From Haliotis cracherodii (Eukaryota): 64,000 bases of DNA. The notes below the pieces were generated by a model. It made no database searches and was not told the origin of the DNA. It saw only the letters and a list, made by a program, of their open reading frames with translations. Shown piece after piece: positions 1-11,775 of this stretch. The first letter of the stretch is position 1; the number at the start of each line of letters is the position of its first letter. The position numbers and the translations under genes were made by a program. Location: NCBI RefSeq assembly GCF_022045235.1, contig NW_027266273.1, positions 18,228,001-18,292,000 of the forward strand, written 5' to 3'.

Positions 1-129
1 ACATACATACAGTGCAAATTTACATTTACATTTCCACCTGCTCCAGACATGAATGGCATTCAATGGCAGTATAAAATGTGAGAGCAGTTGAAATGACAAT
101 AACAAGAATAATAATCACCTCGCAGCCTC

Positions 130-2668
130 CGAGATAGCTTTGGCAGGACCCCAGTACGAAAAGGGATCTTCACACGAAAGCTGGTCTTGACTGGATTTCG
201 AACAGCTTGTTTAGGAAAAAGTCGAATGGATCCTTAAGAGTATGTATTGACCCGAGTCAAACAATAAACAAGTCAGTCGAAGTTTACCCAATACCAACTG
301 TTGAATAGCTTCTCCAAAAGTTGAATAAAGCACGGTTTTTTTCAAATGTGGATGTTCACAAAGGATTCACCAACATTGTGCTGGACGAACAGTCATCGTT
401 CTCAACAACCATGCACACACCATTAGGCATATACAGGCGGTTGCGGATGCCTATTGGCATGTCCAACGGGCCTGAATAGTACCAGAGGCGACAACATGAA
501 ATTTTGGAGGGGTTGGAGGGTGTCATAAACAAGCCAGATGACATTCTTATATACGGATCAGGAGACAAAGAAAAAGAAGCACCGCCGTCATACAGCTGAA
601 ATATTGCTGAATGCGGCGTTAACCACTAAAAAACAAGATAAAAAGGCTGAAGCCAACACTGTCAAGAATCTTTCGCGGTTCATGCTCAGGTGCCGTGAAG
701 TCAATTTGAAGCTTAACCCAAAACAGTTTACATTCAAAGTGAAGCAGGTTGTGTGGATGGGACATTCGATAAACAGCAAGGGTATTACCCAACATCCTGA
801 TAGGGCGAAGGCCATTGCGAGTATGACGACGTGGACAGAATGAAAGGGGTACAACGTTTCTAAGGAATGTGCAACTATCTACCATGATGACCAGTCAGTT
901 GCATTGACAAGCTCAACACTATCCTAGTCAAGGGTCAACTGGGCTCCCATCAAAAAGGAGTGTCTCGCAATCAAAGCTGCAAGTTCTACCAGTATATTTA
1001 TGGAAAGAATTATCTCAGAATTCACAGTGACCATCAGCCGCTAGAAAATATGTTAAGCAACCAAAAACAAAGTGTCCCGGCTTTTGCAGTGAATGATGCT
1101 TCATCCGCAACCATATAACTTCACTGTTGTCTTATAAGAAAGGAAAATACACATACTTGGCGGATACATTGTCGAGGGCAGTGTTGGGAAATCCACAAGA
1201 TGTTTGAACCAGAGCACATATTCGGGGTTGAAATTCTGCCTGAAGTTAGATCAGAGCTACAAACAACTTTATTGGAATCTCCAGAAATGCTACCGGAAAC
1301 CCGTGAGAAAATTTGCATTGCATCAAGGACGGATCCACTGATGGACTCGTTATGCGATATGTTGTCCAACGAGTGCCCTTGTGACAAGTCACATGTACCG
1401 ACACGTTTTCATCACTACTTTGGTTTTCGGGATGAGCTGTCGCTGTACAACGGTTAGTATAGAAGGGACACAAAGTTGTCATCCCTTGAGGCATACAAAA
1501 GGAGATGTATTGGCCCAGGATTCAAAGAGCCATTGAGGACTTGTGTAGAAGCAGTTCAGTGTGTGCCTCTTTCAACTCGACACTGCCAAAAGAGCAAATG
1601 TTGTCACAAGAAATACCTGATGTGGTGTGGCAGATAGTATCACAAGATCTGTTCAAACATGATGGGACCCGTGAACATCCGGGGTAGAATACGTTTCAGC
1701 AACCCTTGTTTGCCGTGAAAGGCGACTATGCTTGTCGTAGGAGGCGACTAACGTGATCGGGAGGTCAGGCTCGCTGACTTGGTTGATGCATGTCATCGAT
1801 CCCAATTGCGTGGATCGATGCTCATGATATTAATTACTGGATTATCTGGTCCAGACTCGATTATTTACAGGCCGCCGTCATATAGCTGGAATACTGCTGA
1901 GTGCGGCGTTAAACAACAAACCAACCAACCAGCCGAATCAAACATGATGGACGTCGGTATGCTGTGACTGTGGGCCATTAGAGTGACTGGTTTGAAGATG
2001 ATCTCACAGATCAGGACACCTCAGCAAAACACATTATATCAATAACAAAAGCCCATATCGCCCGATACAGCATTCCTTGGTGTGTGAATTCGAACTAGTC
2101 ACCTCACCCTGTATAAGCCACCGGAAAAGCTGAAGCCTGGCCTAAGAAATATTAATACAGTGTAGCCTGTTTGAGGGCTTACTGAAACACTCATGACACA
2201 ATACGTCCCTCCAGTGCCGGAAGAACTGGCCAGCAGACGTCTGAAGGCAAAGATGCAGATCACAAAACCACCACTTAAGAACAACACCTTTGAAGCAAGG
2301 GGACTGTGTGTACACGAAGCTAAATGAAATGCAAGGAGCTATAGGCAGATATTGAACAAGTGTACACCTAGGTCGTATGTGGTGGATTCAGGAGGCAAAC
2401 ACATACGATGCGTATCAAATACTCACTAGACCGGTGGCCCACCTACGTATGGTTCACCAGCGTATGATGAACATCATCAGAGTGACACGATGGTCAGGCG
2501 TAGTTGGCATCGTGTGAGCAGCCAGCCGTTTCAGATACGTTGCCACTGCCTGTGGAGATGACAAGGACACATGTTGTCTCTCCACATGCCGAGCCTATTG
2601 TGGTGTAGCACCAGCTGACCACCACGTCAGGCTGTGTTGTCAAGAAACCAGAAAGACTGGACTGCTGA
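130..2668 (+). mobile_element. Degenerate Ty3/Gypsy LTR-retrotransposon pol remnant (RT - RNase H - integrase)
   Basis: Fragmented motifs in pol order: LRVCIDP, FSNVDVHKGF, YRRLRMPIG, DDILIYG, RNase H-like SDHQPL, ADTLSR, MYWPRI, integrase WQIVSQDLF, C-terminal TTSGCVVKKPERLD*. Many stops and frameshifts; no LTR recognised. Confidence 0.9.
1666..1937 (+). mobile_element. SINE family A (V-SINE-like), full length, inserted in the Gypsy integrase
   Basis: Starts GACCCGTGAA and ends in a (CAAC)n tail. 13-bp TSD TCAAACATGATGG at 1653-1665 and 1938-1950. Near-identical copies at 8272 and 20463. Confidence 0.92.
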
Positions 2669-3777
2669 TTGAGACGGTGAGTGATCTCATAAATGAGATT
2701 ACCTCAATTTGGAAATTTGGTTTAATTAACCATTTAGCTAAAACACGTTTTTTTCTTTAATCTAGGCCAAAGCATCACCATCAAAAATTTTGCTTCAACC
2801 AGGTAAATTATCAAAATTTTATTGACATCGGCCTTTGTTTGTAATATTTGGCGAATTCGACAAGTTCAGACTTTTTTAGTTCAGCGACTTGTTCCATAAA
2901 AGGTTGGCTAACACACTCCTCTACACTAAACAGCAAAGTGATTGTTGGCTTCACACAATATCAAACAATGATATGTTTATTCAAAAATTTAGTGTGAAAG
3001 CAACAGCCTACTGGGTTTACAAATCAATTTAAATTACTGAACAGCAATTACATGGACAGTATACACTAGGTAGGTAGTACAATTTTTAATGGCAGCATTT
3101 ATATGTGAGTTTAGGGAAAAGGACAATGAGAAAAATAGAAACAGTACCGAAGCTTCCGAGATAGGCCTAGGCTGGACACCAGGGTGAAGATTTATCTTCA
3201 GACAACAACTGGTCTTGATGTAATGTGAGATGAAATGTGAGATGACTTGCACGCGCATGCTCCTCTTATATAGTCTTGACCAGTCTAGTGTCACTTGAAC
3301 ATCACAGAATATTCCACATGTTTCTCTGACGCTTGACATCCATCCATGCTTTTCCGGAAGTTTTATTATAATTCGAGCATCGAAATATAATAACTTCCTC
3401 ACCACTGCTTGCATTTAATAGTCCTCCATTCCTGACAACTAACCATTGTCTAAATACAATGCAAGAAATTTCTGCTGAATCGCAACAGAAACAATGTAAT
3501 ACAGATACAATTATTGCTTAACAATAGATTATACTGCCACGTGACAATATGCATATGCGTTCACTTGACACTCATGTATGTATAGTTACACAAGTATGCA
3601 GATATACACACATATGTATAGGGTTAAAATTAGAAAGCTTTGTGTGTGCTGAATTGAAAGTGCAGGTGTTGTTCATGAAATTCATGATCTGATATACAAG
3701 AATACATCGCGAGTGGCACACCTCCTTCCAAAACATAGATTTCTGAGTGTGTTTGTACCTAAGGAGATAACGTTTTA

Positions 3778-4075
3778 ATAAACTGAACCGCAAAAGAAAC
3801 GTCAACCCAAGTAACATTTCATGGGAAGTTGTCATTAAAATATCTGGGTACCACATGCAAAGATTGGCAAGAAATCAGCGACACAGAGCCCTTGTACGAT
3901 TGCAAGCTAGACAAACCGCCGGGCAAGTAGCCAATGCATTTCAAGTCCACGTAAGGACCACATACAGGCTCCAGCAACGGTACTAGATCACCAATACTAC
4001 AGATGACCGACCACGTAGTGGAAGACCAAGGGTCACCACCATTCAGATGCTGCGTTTCAAGAGACAAGGGAGAAA
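3778..4075 (+). mobile_element. Tc1/mariner 5' fragment (TIR-like start plus HTH-coding N-terminus)
   Basis: ATG at 3855 reads MQRLARNQRHRAL...VANAFQVHVRTTYRLQQRY*...DDRPRSGRPRVTT; the GRPR motif is typical of Tc1 transposases. Confidence 0.75.
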
Positions 4076-4228
4076 TCATAGGTAGATATGAGAAGCCTTA
4101 TCAAGAAAGAATTTTCAGCCCTGGCAATAATGACAATAGTGTGGCTTCAAATTCCTGAGACGTTATAAAAGAAAATTATAATAATTATGAATTAAAAGAA
4201 AAAATATCTTGGAAGGTAAATCACTTAC

Positions 4229-4460
4229 TGTTCTTCAGAGCATAGTATTGAACACCACTCCGACCCTGGAGCTGGTGACTGGCAACATACACATACTTCT
4301 CCAGGTAGCACTCATGAGTGATGACGTCATAGAAGAATGAGGAGCAGTTTGCACAGTTCAAACATGCTTGTGCACATTCTGGTTTGTTGGTGAACCCAGG
4401 CAGGAACGGGCCCAGATTGGCTGCAATGTACCCAGTGAAGAACAAGGAGAATGTGAACAT
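4229..4460 (-). CDS. PAN/apple + C-type lectin gene, copy A, exon 1 (PAN domain); exons 2-3 not seen in the window
   Basis: 232-nt exon MFTFSLFFTGY...ECAQACLNCANCSSFFYD...CYL ending in a phase-1 GTAAGT donor. Same length and phase as exon 1 of copies B, C and D. Confidence 0.8.
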
Positions 4461-4492
4461 GGTGGTGTCCTGTGTTGCAACGACTCAACGTC

Positions 4493-4500
4493 CTTTTATA
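4493..4500 (-). promoter_or_regulatory. Putative TATA box of lectin copy A
   Basis: TATAAAAG about 40 nt upstream of CACCACC-ATG; copy D has TATATAG at the equivalent position. Confidence 0.45.
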
Positions 4501-5711
4501 CTGATAGTCTAAGTGATAAAGTACGTCACACAGCTTGATATCGACTAATTTGTTTATCCATTCTGTGACCGTCCATTTAAATGTATATACGAAATACGAA
4601 GTTGACAAAGATTTTGGAAAGCCAGAGTAAAACAGAGATGATGTTTCAGTTGATCACGATTTCTGTGCATGTATTATTGTTATATATTATCCAAGCAACA
4701 TAACAACGTTCATGTTTTCACTTTTTACAGCTGCATTAATGGCTTACATGATCAATAAACCAATGCTTAATTATACTGAATTCTCAAACTAGATACAATA
4801 AAAACACATTAAATTGCCTTTTAACGACTACTTTGAACCTCAAATTGGAACACAAATAGAAACCAAAATGAATACTTCGATTACTTAAATTTGAGGACTT
4901 AAAGCATTATATTATTCTGTCACTTATGTCAACCACAGACACATATGGTTAGTTGGTGCAGATGATGCTATATCTGTTGTGATGGCAGGGGTGATGTGTG
5001 TCTATCTATTATTACAGTCAGTTTATTACAATGTCAGGATATAAAAGGAAACTATTTTCATCACAAAAGAGCCAGGATGCACTTCAACAGCACATCATCA
5101 GTCGACTGCACAAATGAGTCACACACAAGGTGATACCTTCTACATTATATGTCATGTATGTTGTTTTATGTTGAAATCTTTTAGGCATTATTCACTTCAA
5201 TTATCGATCATTCAGTATGTTTTTCTAACCAAATGATAATATTTGTTGAAAATTCATATATCTCTCATGGTTCATACCTGGTTCTCGGTGTTGTTGTAAA
5301 GAAAAACCATGCTGTGCAATCCGTCCTAAACTGCTGGTGGCAGATTTCGTATGATAAAGACCGGGCCAACGTTGTGAACAACTGATAATCCAAGCCATGG
5401 ATTTGGACATAGTTTGATATACCTACATGTACAGTTACATATCCTTCGATATCCTTCTTCCTGTCCACAAACAATTCATTAATTCAATAGTGTGTTTTTA
5501 AGTAATGTGGATGCCTTATTCATATATGGTTCTTAGGTAAAAGAGGTTATAAAATATCGAGACATAATAATATGTACAAGTAATTCTAGTAGACCATTTG
5601 CAAATATATGACAATTTCAACTGATGTTACTGTTTTTGTTGAAAGGTAAATTCTAAAATAAGATATAATCATCAGCATCCCTCATCAAATTGTATGGATG
5701 TCTAACAGAAT

Positions 5712-5905
5712 GGGGGACACGGGTGGCCCAGTCGTCTAAGGCGCCACAATTCGCTGTGCAGTGTTTTTTTGCATCCCTTGGGAACGCCAGATACCTAAGA
5801 TCATGTGTAGGAATCCCAGTTCGCCTCGATTATGTTTCAAGGTTTGACAGCACCATATTTGTGCTCTTGGGTTTCACGAAAGTGGTGAACGTCTGTATCT
5901 TGTAT
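5712..5905 (+). mobile_element. SINE family C (class-II tRNA-derived head), 3'-truncated
   Basis: GGGTGGCCCAGTCGTCTAAGGCGCC A-box head; homologous to 25489 and 8794. Confidence 0.75.
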
Positions 5906-6099
5906 CACTCACTCTGATGGATAATATAAAATGTCAAAACTTCGCAACAGAACATGAACTGAAACAGATTGCTAATCAGATGAGGGGCGCGTGCAAATAC
6001 ATGAGGGAAAATTTGGGACATATGTGGTGTGGACATGAAACGATATGCACTAAGTAAATGGTAATATCGGAATCACAATCTTGCACACCATTTTAAACA

Positions 6100-7015
6100 A
6101 TTGTGTTTCAAATAGACAGTTATTGTAGAAATTTACCACGTTGGTGAATCACGGATATGGTCAAACTAAGGATGATCATCAGGAAATATGAACACCTTTC
6201 CATAATCATAAGAACTCTCTGCTCATCGTCTTATTGCCCATGTCTATGAATCCCTATAATTTGGTGTTAATACCAGGTGTTCGCGAAGAGGTGTCGACCA
6301 TAAAACGTTTTGGAAGCTTTATGAAGGCCTTGAATGTTGTAACAATGTTTAAGCCACTTTTGAGCAAGAGTCGTATGGCGCTCTTTGAAATTTCCGTAGA
6401 AAGAGTTTGTTCGATCGTACCTAAAATTGTGAAATGTAGACACCAAAGGCTAAAGTTGATGAAACATTGTTCGGCATTAAGGGACAGTCTTGTGGGAAGT
6501 TTTTTGTCACTGTAAATATGTATACATAGATCTAAATATGCCTCGCCCAAGCTCAACAATATTTCAATCTGGAAATAAACTTGATTTTGAATGGAAGCTT
6601 GAGTAATATCCTATAATTATTTCCCATCATTGATGAAACAAGACCAGGAAATATCCTTTTTTGAAATTCAATAGAGATTTGAATGCTGTAACGATGAAAC
6701 CCCTATTGAGCGAGAGCAAGAAATGTAAACACCAAAGACTGGAGCCGCTAAAATATTATTCGAAATATAGGGACAGTTGACTACTGTCAAGTTGAAGTCA
6801 TCCTTCTTGTCATACAGTTTTCTTGAGATTTTGTTGTCACTGGAACTTTATGCATAAATATAAATATGAAATTGGCTTCTTTCATTTCTAGTTCAGGTAG
6901 GTCAAATCTGTTGACGGGAAATGTCAATTTGACCGTTATTGAACGATATCAGGTCATCGAAATAGCTGTACGTGAAGCTGAAGTTCTTGTCAAAATTGCC
7001 CTTCGAATCATATGC
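6100..7015 (-). mobile_element. Penelope-like retroelement RT fragments (two tandem pieces)
   Basis: Minus-strand translations FSFTYSYFDDLISFNN, KLYDKKDDFN and YLDLCIHIYSDKKL resemble Penelope-like RT and thumb motifs. Confidence 0.7.
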
Positions 7016-7020
7016 ATAAG

Positions 7021-7145
7021 GTGAGGTGAGGTGAAAGGGAGTTTAACGTCGCGTCAAAGATCATTGCACTTATATAACGACGTGCGTGCACGTGTGTGTG
7101 TGTGCTCTCCGGGCGGACGCTCTACCACTAAACTACGGAGGCGGT
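7021..7145 (-). mobile_element. SINE family B, internally deleted copy (tRNA head joined to 3' tail)
   Basis: Reverse complement matches the first ~40 nt and last ~85 nt of the 7693-8050 element. Confidence 0.8.
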
Positions 7146-7692
7146 CCACAGGTAAGTAAGAATAAGCAAAAAAAATCACAAAATATCTACAGTCACATAA
7201 CGATATATGCATACTTAGCTATGAAGATAGCCCCAAATGCATGTTCATTGTGACTACAACGGCACAACCGGCAGCCACGGCAGCATTTAGCAAGTCATTT
7301 ACACCTAATTTATACCGAGAATATTTCAAGGAGATAAAACACCCAAGTAGAGGCATACCGAAGGTCGTTATTTGATTCACCACATTGGCACAAAGTGTAA
7401 AACCTATAAATGGGGTCCCCGAGATACGGCTGGAATAGTACAAAAAGCGGAATTAATCTACCTCTCTCGCTAGAATAAGCACCAGACTGATTCTACGCTT
7501 ACCGTAAGCAACCGTCCCCGCTGTGAACTAGATGTCAGGCATTCCCGATATGTTTTGGAGGTCTAACTGCATTTAACATGAGTTAGGCTAGAACATTTTG
7601 GTATTTCAGGTACTACAAAGAGTTCCACCCCATTATCATGATACACACATCACTTCAGTTCTCTGCAGGTTGTTGGATTCTATACATTGGTA

Positions 7693-8050
7693 ACCGCCTC
7701 CGTGGTCTAGAGGTAGAGCGGAAGGTCCGGAGTCTGATCCCCGGCCCCGTCATACCAAAAGACGTTAAAAGATGCTACTTGTTGTTACCCTGTCTGGCGC
7801 TCGGCATTAAGGGGCTAAAACAAGGACTGGTCGGCTGGGAGTCAGTATACTGTGTCTGAGTGGGATATTCATGTTAAACTGCGGCCTGGTATCTCAGTGG
7901 GCTAGCACTATAAATCGGCATCAGTCCGGACTAGTACAAGCAGCCACACACACACACACGTACATGCACGTCGCTATATACGTGCAATAATCTTGGAAGC
8001 GACGTTAAACCCCATTTCACCTCACCTCACCTCACCTCACCACACCTCAC
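7693..8050 (+). mobile_element. SINE family B (tRNA-derived, Meta/MESC-like central domain), full length
   Basis: tRNA-like A/B boxes, core GTCATACCAAAAGACGTTAAAAGATG, (CACCT)n tail. 13-bp TSD CTATACATTGGTA at 7680-7692 and 8051-8063. Confidence 0.92.
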
Positions 8051-8271
8051 CTATACATTGGTACAGCAACATCGGAGTAGGTACGCTGTAGTGTATTTTG
8101 AAGAAATATGGTCTTCATTTGTTATGCTTTTAACCAACATAAAAACGTATTTAGATGTTTACAGAATTAACTGTCGTAAGTCTGAATGTTCCGCTGGCCT
8201 CATACCAACTCTTGTGTGTCATGTAATGACAAAATGTATCTGTTGTGTATATTTGGCTTTCATATGAAGTC

Positions 8272-8544
8272 GACCCGTGAAGATTCCGGGGTAGAATAGG
8301 TCTTCAGCAACCTTTTCTTGCCGTAAAAGGTGACTATGCTTGTCGTAAAAGGCGACTAACGGGGTCGGGAGGTCAGGCTCACTGACTTGGTTGCTGCATG
8401 TCATCGATCCCAATTGCGTGGATCGATGCTCATGATGTTAATCACTGGATTATCTGGTCCAGACTCGATTATTTGCAGGCCGCCGTCATATAGCTGGAAT
8501 ATTGCTGAGTGCGGTGTTAAACAACAAACCAACCAACCAACCAA
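8272..8544 (+). mobile_element. SINE family A, full length
   Basis: Homologous to 1666-1937; 12-bp TSD TCATATGAAGTC / TCATATGAAATC with one mismatch. Confidence 0.92.
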
Positions 8545-8793
8545 TCATATGAAATCATAACTGGAACAGGTGTTGTTTTTCGTAACATTGTCGACTTTAT
8601 TTACCACAAATACAGATACAATATTTGGAATGTCTTAGGTAGCGTCTGAACAGTGTTAAAGTCTTCTGTATCATATGTATCACTGTCGTGTCTGTAGAAA
8701 CAGAATTGTAACGCTCCATCTTCAGTGAGGGTAAGTAGTTCAATACATATATTTATAAAATACATGAACATCTATATATCCTAACACCAAAGA

Positions 8794-9034
8794 GTGAGTG
8801 AGTTGGGTTTAACGCCGCTTTTAACAGTATTCCAGTTATATCACGGCGTGCCAGCTAAATGTTGGAGGAAAGCCCGAATGATGCAGGTCTCAGACGTTTA
8901 CCATTTCGATGAAACCCACGAGCACGGTTATGGTGCTGACAAACACAATTGCGGCGAACCGGGATTCGAACCCACAATCACGCAGTTCTGCACAACGAAT
9001 CGCGGCGACTTAGACGACTGGGCCACCCGTGCCC
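8794..9034 (-). mobile_element. SINE family C, inserted just downstream of the lectin copy B stop codon
   Basis: tRNA-like head with a GGTTCGAATCCC B box and an (ACTC)n tail; 14-bp TSD CCTAACACCAAAGA at 8780-8793 and 9035-9048. Confidence 0.9.
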
Positions 9035-9050
9035 CCTAACACCAAAGACC

Positions 9051-9271
9051 TTAGTCCTTCTTCTCAATGTCAAGCTCACAGAGAGAACGTAGTTTCAACC
9101 CGATGGCCGACGAACCCCACCTGCGACTGGGAAACAACCTTACATAATTCCGACCACTTGAATTTCTGAGGTTCGGATTCCAGTTGCTGTAGGGCCCAAG
9201 GGGCTGTCCGTTTGTCCAGTGCCAGCCACCACTGCTGTCGTCACGTTTGAGGCCGATCCATACAGGATTGT
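9051..9271 (-). CDS. PAN-CTL lectin copy B, exon 3 (C-terminal half of the CTLD)
   Basis: TTACAG acceptor, phase 1; VWIGL...WHWTNG...YSNW...LCE...KKD*; 221 nt and in frame with exon 2. Confidence 0.85.
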
Positions 9272-9487
9272 CTGTAAATATGAAAATAGTTGTGCTATTA
9301 ATGTGTGATGTCACAACTGTATTTTATTCTACACAGAAAGAATACAAAACGACCTCCCGTGTCACACCAATCTTATTAAAGAAATAAATAGTTCTGGTTC
9401 CTGACAAGCGAAAACGAATCCGATACCAGAACTAGTTACAATTTTTTCAGAAAATTGGTATTACAAGGAAGCGAGTGGTGCACTTTA

Positions 9488-10035
9488 TTTATTACTTGCC
9501 GTTTACAACTTTTGAAAACCTCATTTGATCAAACTATGGCAATTGCCGTCATAAGCTAGTCAAGCGCGTTAATATTTAACTTTCGTATGCAAATAGGCAG
9601 ATATCTGCACGATCCTTTATTCATTATCAAATTGAGGTTAACATTATACTGAAACTTCAAACACATTAACAATTGGCCCGTATTATTGTAATACCATGAG
9701 AAGGCATTATATACCTTAAAAATTCAGCGCTGCAGATTTGTAAACACGTCACAAAACATTATGATGTAATTTGTGACATTTCCTGCCACCTACGTCGGCG
9801 AAACAATGTCTTCTGACGTCAGTCAAGCAACAGTTTATCGAGTGTGCATATGAGCTCCACTTAGTGATTCGTCATCTCTACACGTAATGTCATTAAATAC
9901 GCCCAGTTGAGAGTTTTCAATATTTGTCTGTGAAAACAAGTTCCGGCAGTACATTAGCCCGCGCTTTGGTATAAAACAATGTGTCATACAGCTGTATGTT
10001 TAATCAACGGGTGATCACTTCACGGATGAGTAATT
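9488..10035. mobile_element. Dispersed non-autonomous repeat (MITE-like); second copy at about 29280-29555
   Basis: 9760-10035 aligns by eye with 29280-29555 (for example GCGCTTTGGTAT..CAATGTGT..TACAGCTGTATGTTTA); short inverted ends. Confidence 0.55.
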
Positions 10036-10107
10036 CATGAAAGAAATATGCAAGTGAACTCCATAAAATGACAACTGGTAACCATTGGATTGGGTTAGTT
10101 AGGGGTA

Positions 10108-10260
10108 GAGTGAGTTGGATTTTAACAATATTCCATCAATATCACGTCGGGGGACGCCAGAAATGGGTTTCTAACATTATACCCATTACACCCTTATAAT
10201 CGAACACGTGCCTTCAGCATGACTATCGAACGCTTTAACCACTAGGCTACCCCTCCGCTC
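10108..10260 (-). mobile_element. SINE family D (short tRNA SINE), degenerate
   Basis: Reverse complement matches 59840-60035 (GGTAGCCTAGTGGTTAAAGCGTTCG...CCCATTTCTGG). Confidence 0.75.
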
Positions 10261-10364
10261 CAAAACGTGGTAGAGGTAAGAAGAGATAAACAAGGCTTAC
10301 TTTGGACTTAACTTGCGAAAACCCCTCTGGGATTACGAAATTGTAAAGTTTGACATTGTTGCTG

Positions 10365-10801
10365 AGATGGAAAGAGAGAAGGGTCAGGATGTGAGGGAGT
10401 GATGGACGGAGGGTAGACGGACTGGTTGGGAGAGCAATGGAAAATAGAGACGGGGAGAAAGATGAAAAAGGAGGGGCAGAGGGACTGAGTGAGAGAGATG
10501 GCAACAGATGGAAAGAGAGTGAGGCAGACATGACACAAAGGGAGTGCGGGATAGATGGAAGAAAGTAATGGACAGAGAGGGAGGGTGATGGCGGAGTGTG
10601 ATCGAGAAAGAGTGAGGAGAGATTAAAATAACAGATAGAGAGAGTGAGATAGAAAAAAGTGGGTGAGTGAGTGAGAAGAAAGATGGTGAGAGTTTGAAGA
10701 TGGATGGATGGATAGAGTGAGAGAGATGGGAACAATAGAAATAGTGAGTGGGAGAAAGAGTGATTAATCGAGAGAGTGTTCCGGGAGATAGAAGAAAGAG
10801 G

Positions 10802-10847
<46 letters not shown>

Positions 10848-11040
10848 AATGAGATGAGAGTGAGAGAAGCAAAAGATTGATGGAAGAAAGAGGTGGATAG
10901 TGAGTGAGGGATGAAAGGGATGGAAGAAAGAGATAGAGGGAAAGTGGTTGGGATTGAGAGACGGAAGAAAAAGATGGACATGGAGAGAGATAGGGGGTGA
11001 GTGAGAGATATGGAAGAAAGAGATGAGTGGACGAGAGATG
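10365..11040. repeat. Degenerate polypurine/polypyrimidine (GA-rich) tract with a perfect (GA)n core at about 10806-10846
   Basis: Visible composition; lies in intron 2 of lectin copy B. Confidence 0.9.
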
Positions 11041-11086
11041 CACGTTTTGACATTGTATCAGGTAGTATATCACGATTTGCACTTAC

Positions 11087-11257
11087 TGTTTGCAACAATG
11101 GATGCTTGTTTGTTCTTCTTCTCAGACATGATGAAGGCGAGATGCCCCGAGTCATCCACACACAGAGTTCTGGCATCTGGGAAAGGGAGTGTCGAGTTAC
11201 ACAGTCTGAGACACTGGTTTGTGAAACGACAGTAGATGTAGGCGTCGGGACAAGCAC
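11087..11257 (-). CDS. PAN-CTL lectin copy B, exon 2 (N-terminal half of the CTLD)
   Basis: TTCCAG acceptor and GTAAGT donor, 171 nt, phase 1-1; GACPDAYIYCRFTNQCLRL...ARTLCVDDSGHLAFI. Confidence 0.85.
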
Positions 11258-11559
11258 CTGGAATAAGACAAATGGCACTGTCTGACTGTATATTGGTGAA
11301 AGAAAACATATGATTTTGACAATTCTTTCAATGTTTCATTGTCTTATATAAGCGATTCTTTATTTATTAAAGAAATCACTTGACAAATCGTGTTTTAGAC
11401 ACATTAGACACACACTGTAATACGAAAATATGCTTCTGAATGGCATGTTACACTTATTTATAGGCTGGACGAGGGCAATATGATATATGTTGAAGGGCGG
11501 GGATTTAGTTTCATATATATTCAGTACAATGTGTCAAAATTGAAAGCAAATGCCATCTG

Positions 11560-11775
11560 AAGAAAACACTATGTGAAATGTTGGACTTACTCATTGATAA
11601 CATCTATGTAAAATGTGGGGGTAAGATATCTAGGCATCCCCATGGACACCAAAGTCAAAACAAAGTATTTTGGCTTGGTTTATCTCAAGTTAAGTTTCAG
11701 GTATATGGATGATCTGATATCGTTCAAAAACCATCAAATAGCCAATGTCGACTCATATTCCACTGCATACTTATA
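11560..11775 (+). mobile_element. Penelope-like RT fragment
   Basis: GIPMDT...FRYMDDLISFKN; homologous to the reverse complement of 46200-46290. Confidence 0.6.

Noticed and set aside
10247-11278. 343-aa and 232-aa Ser/Leu-rich ORFs
   Set aside because: Translation of the CT-rich low-complexity intron tract; the real exon 2 is in another frame.
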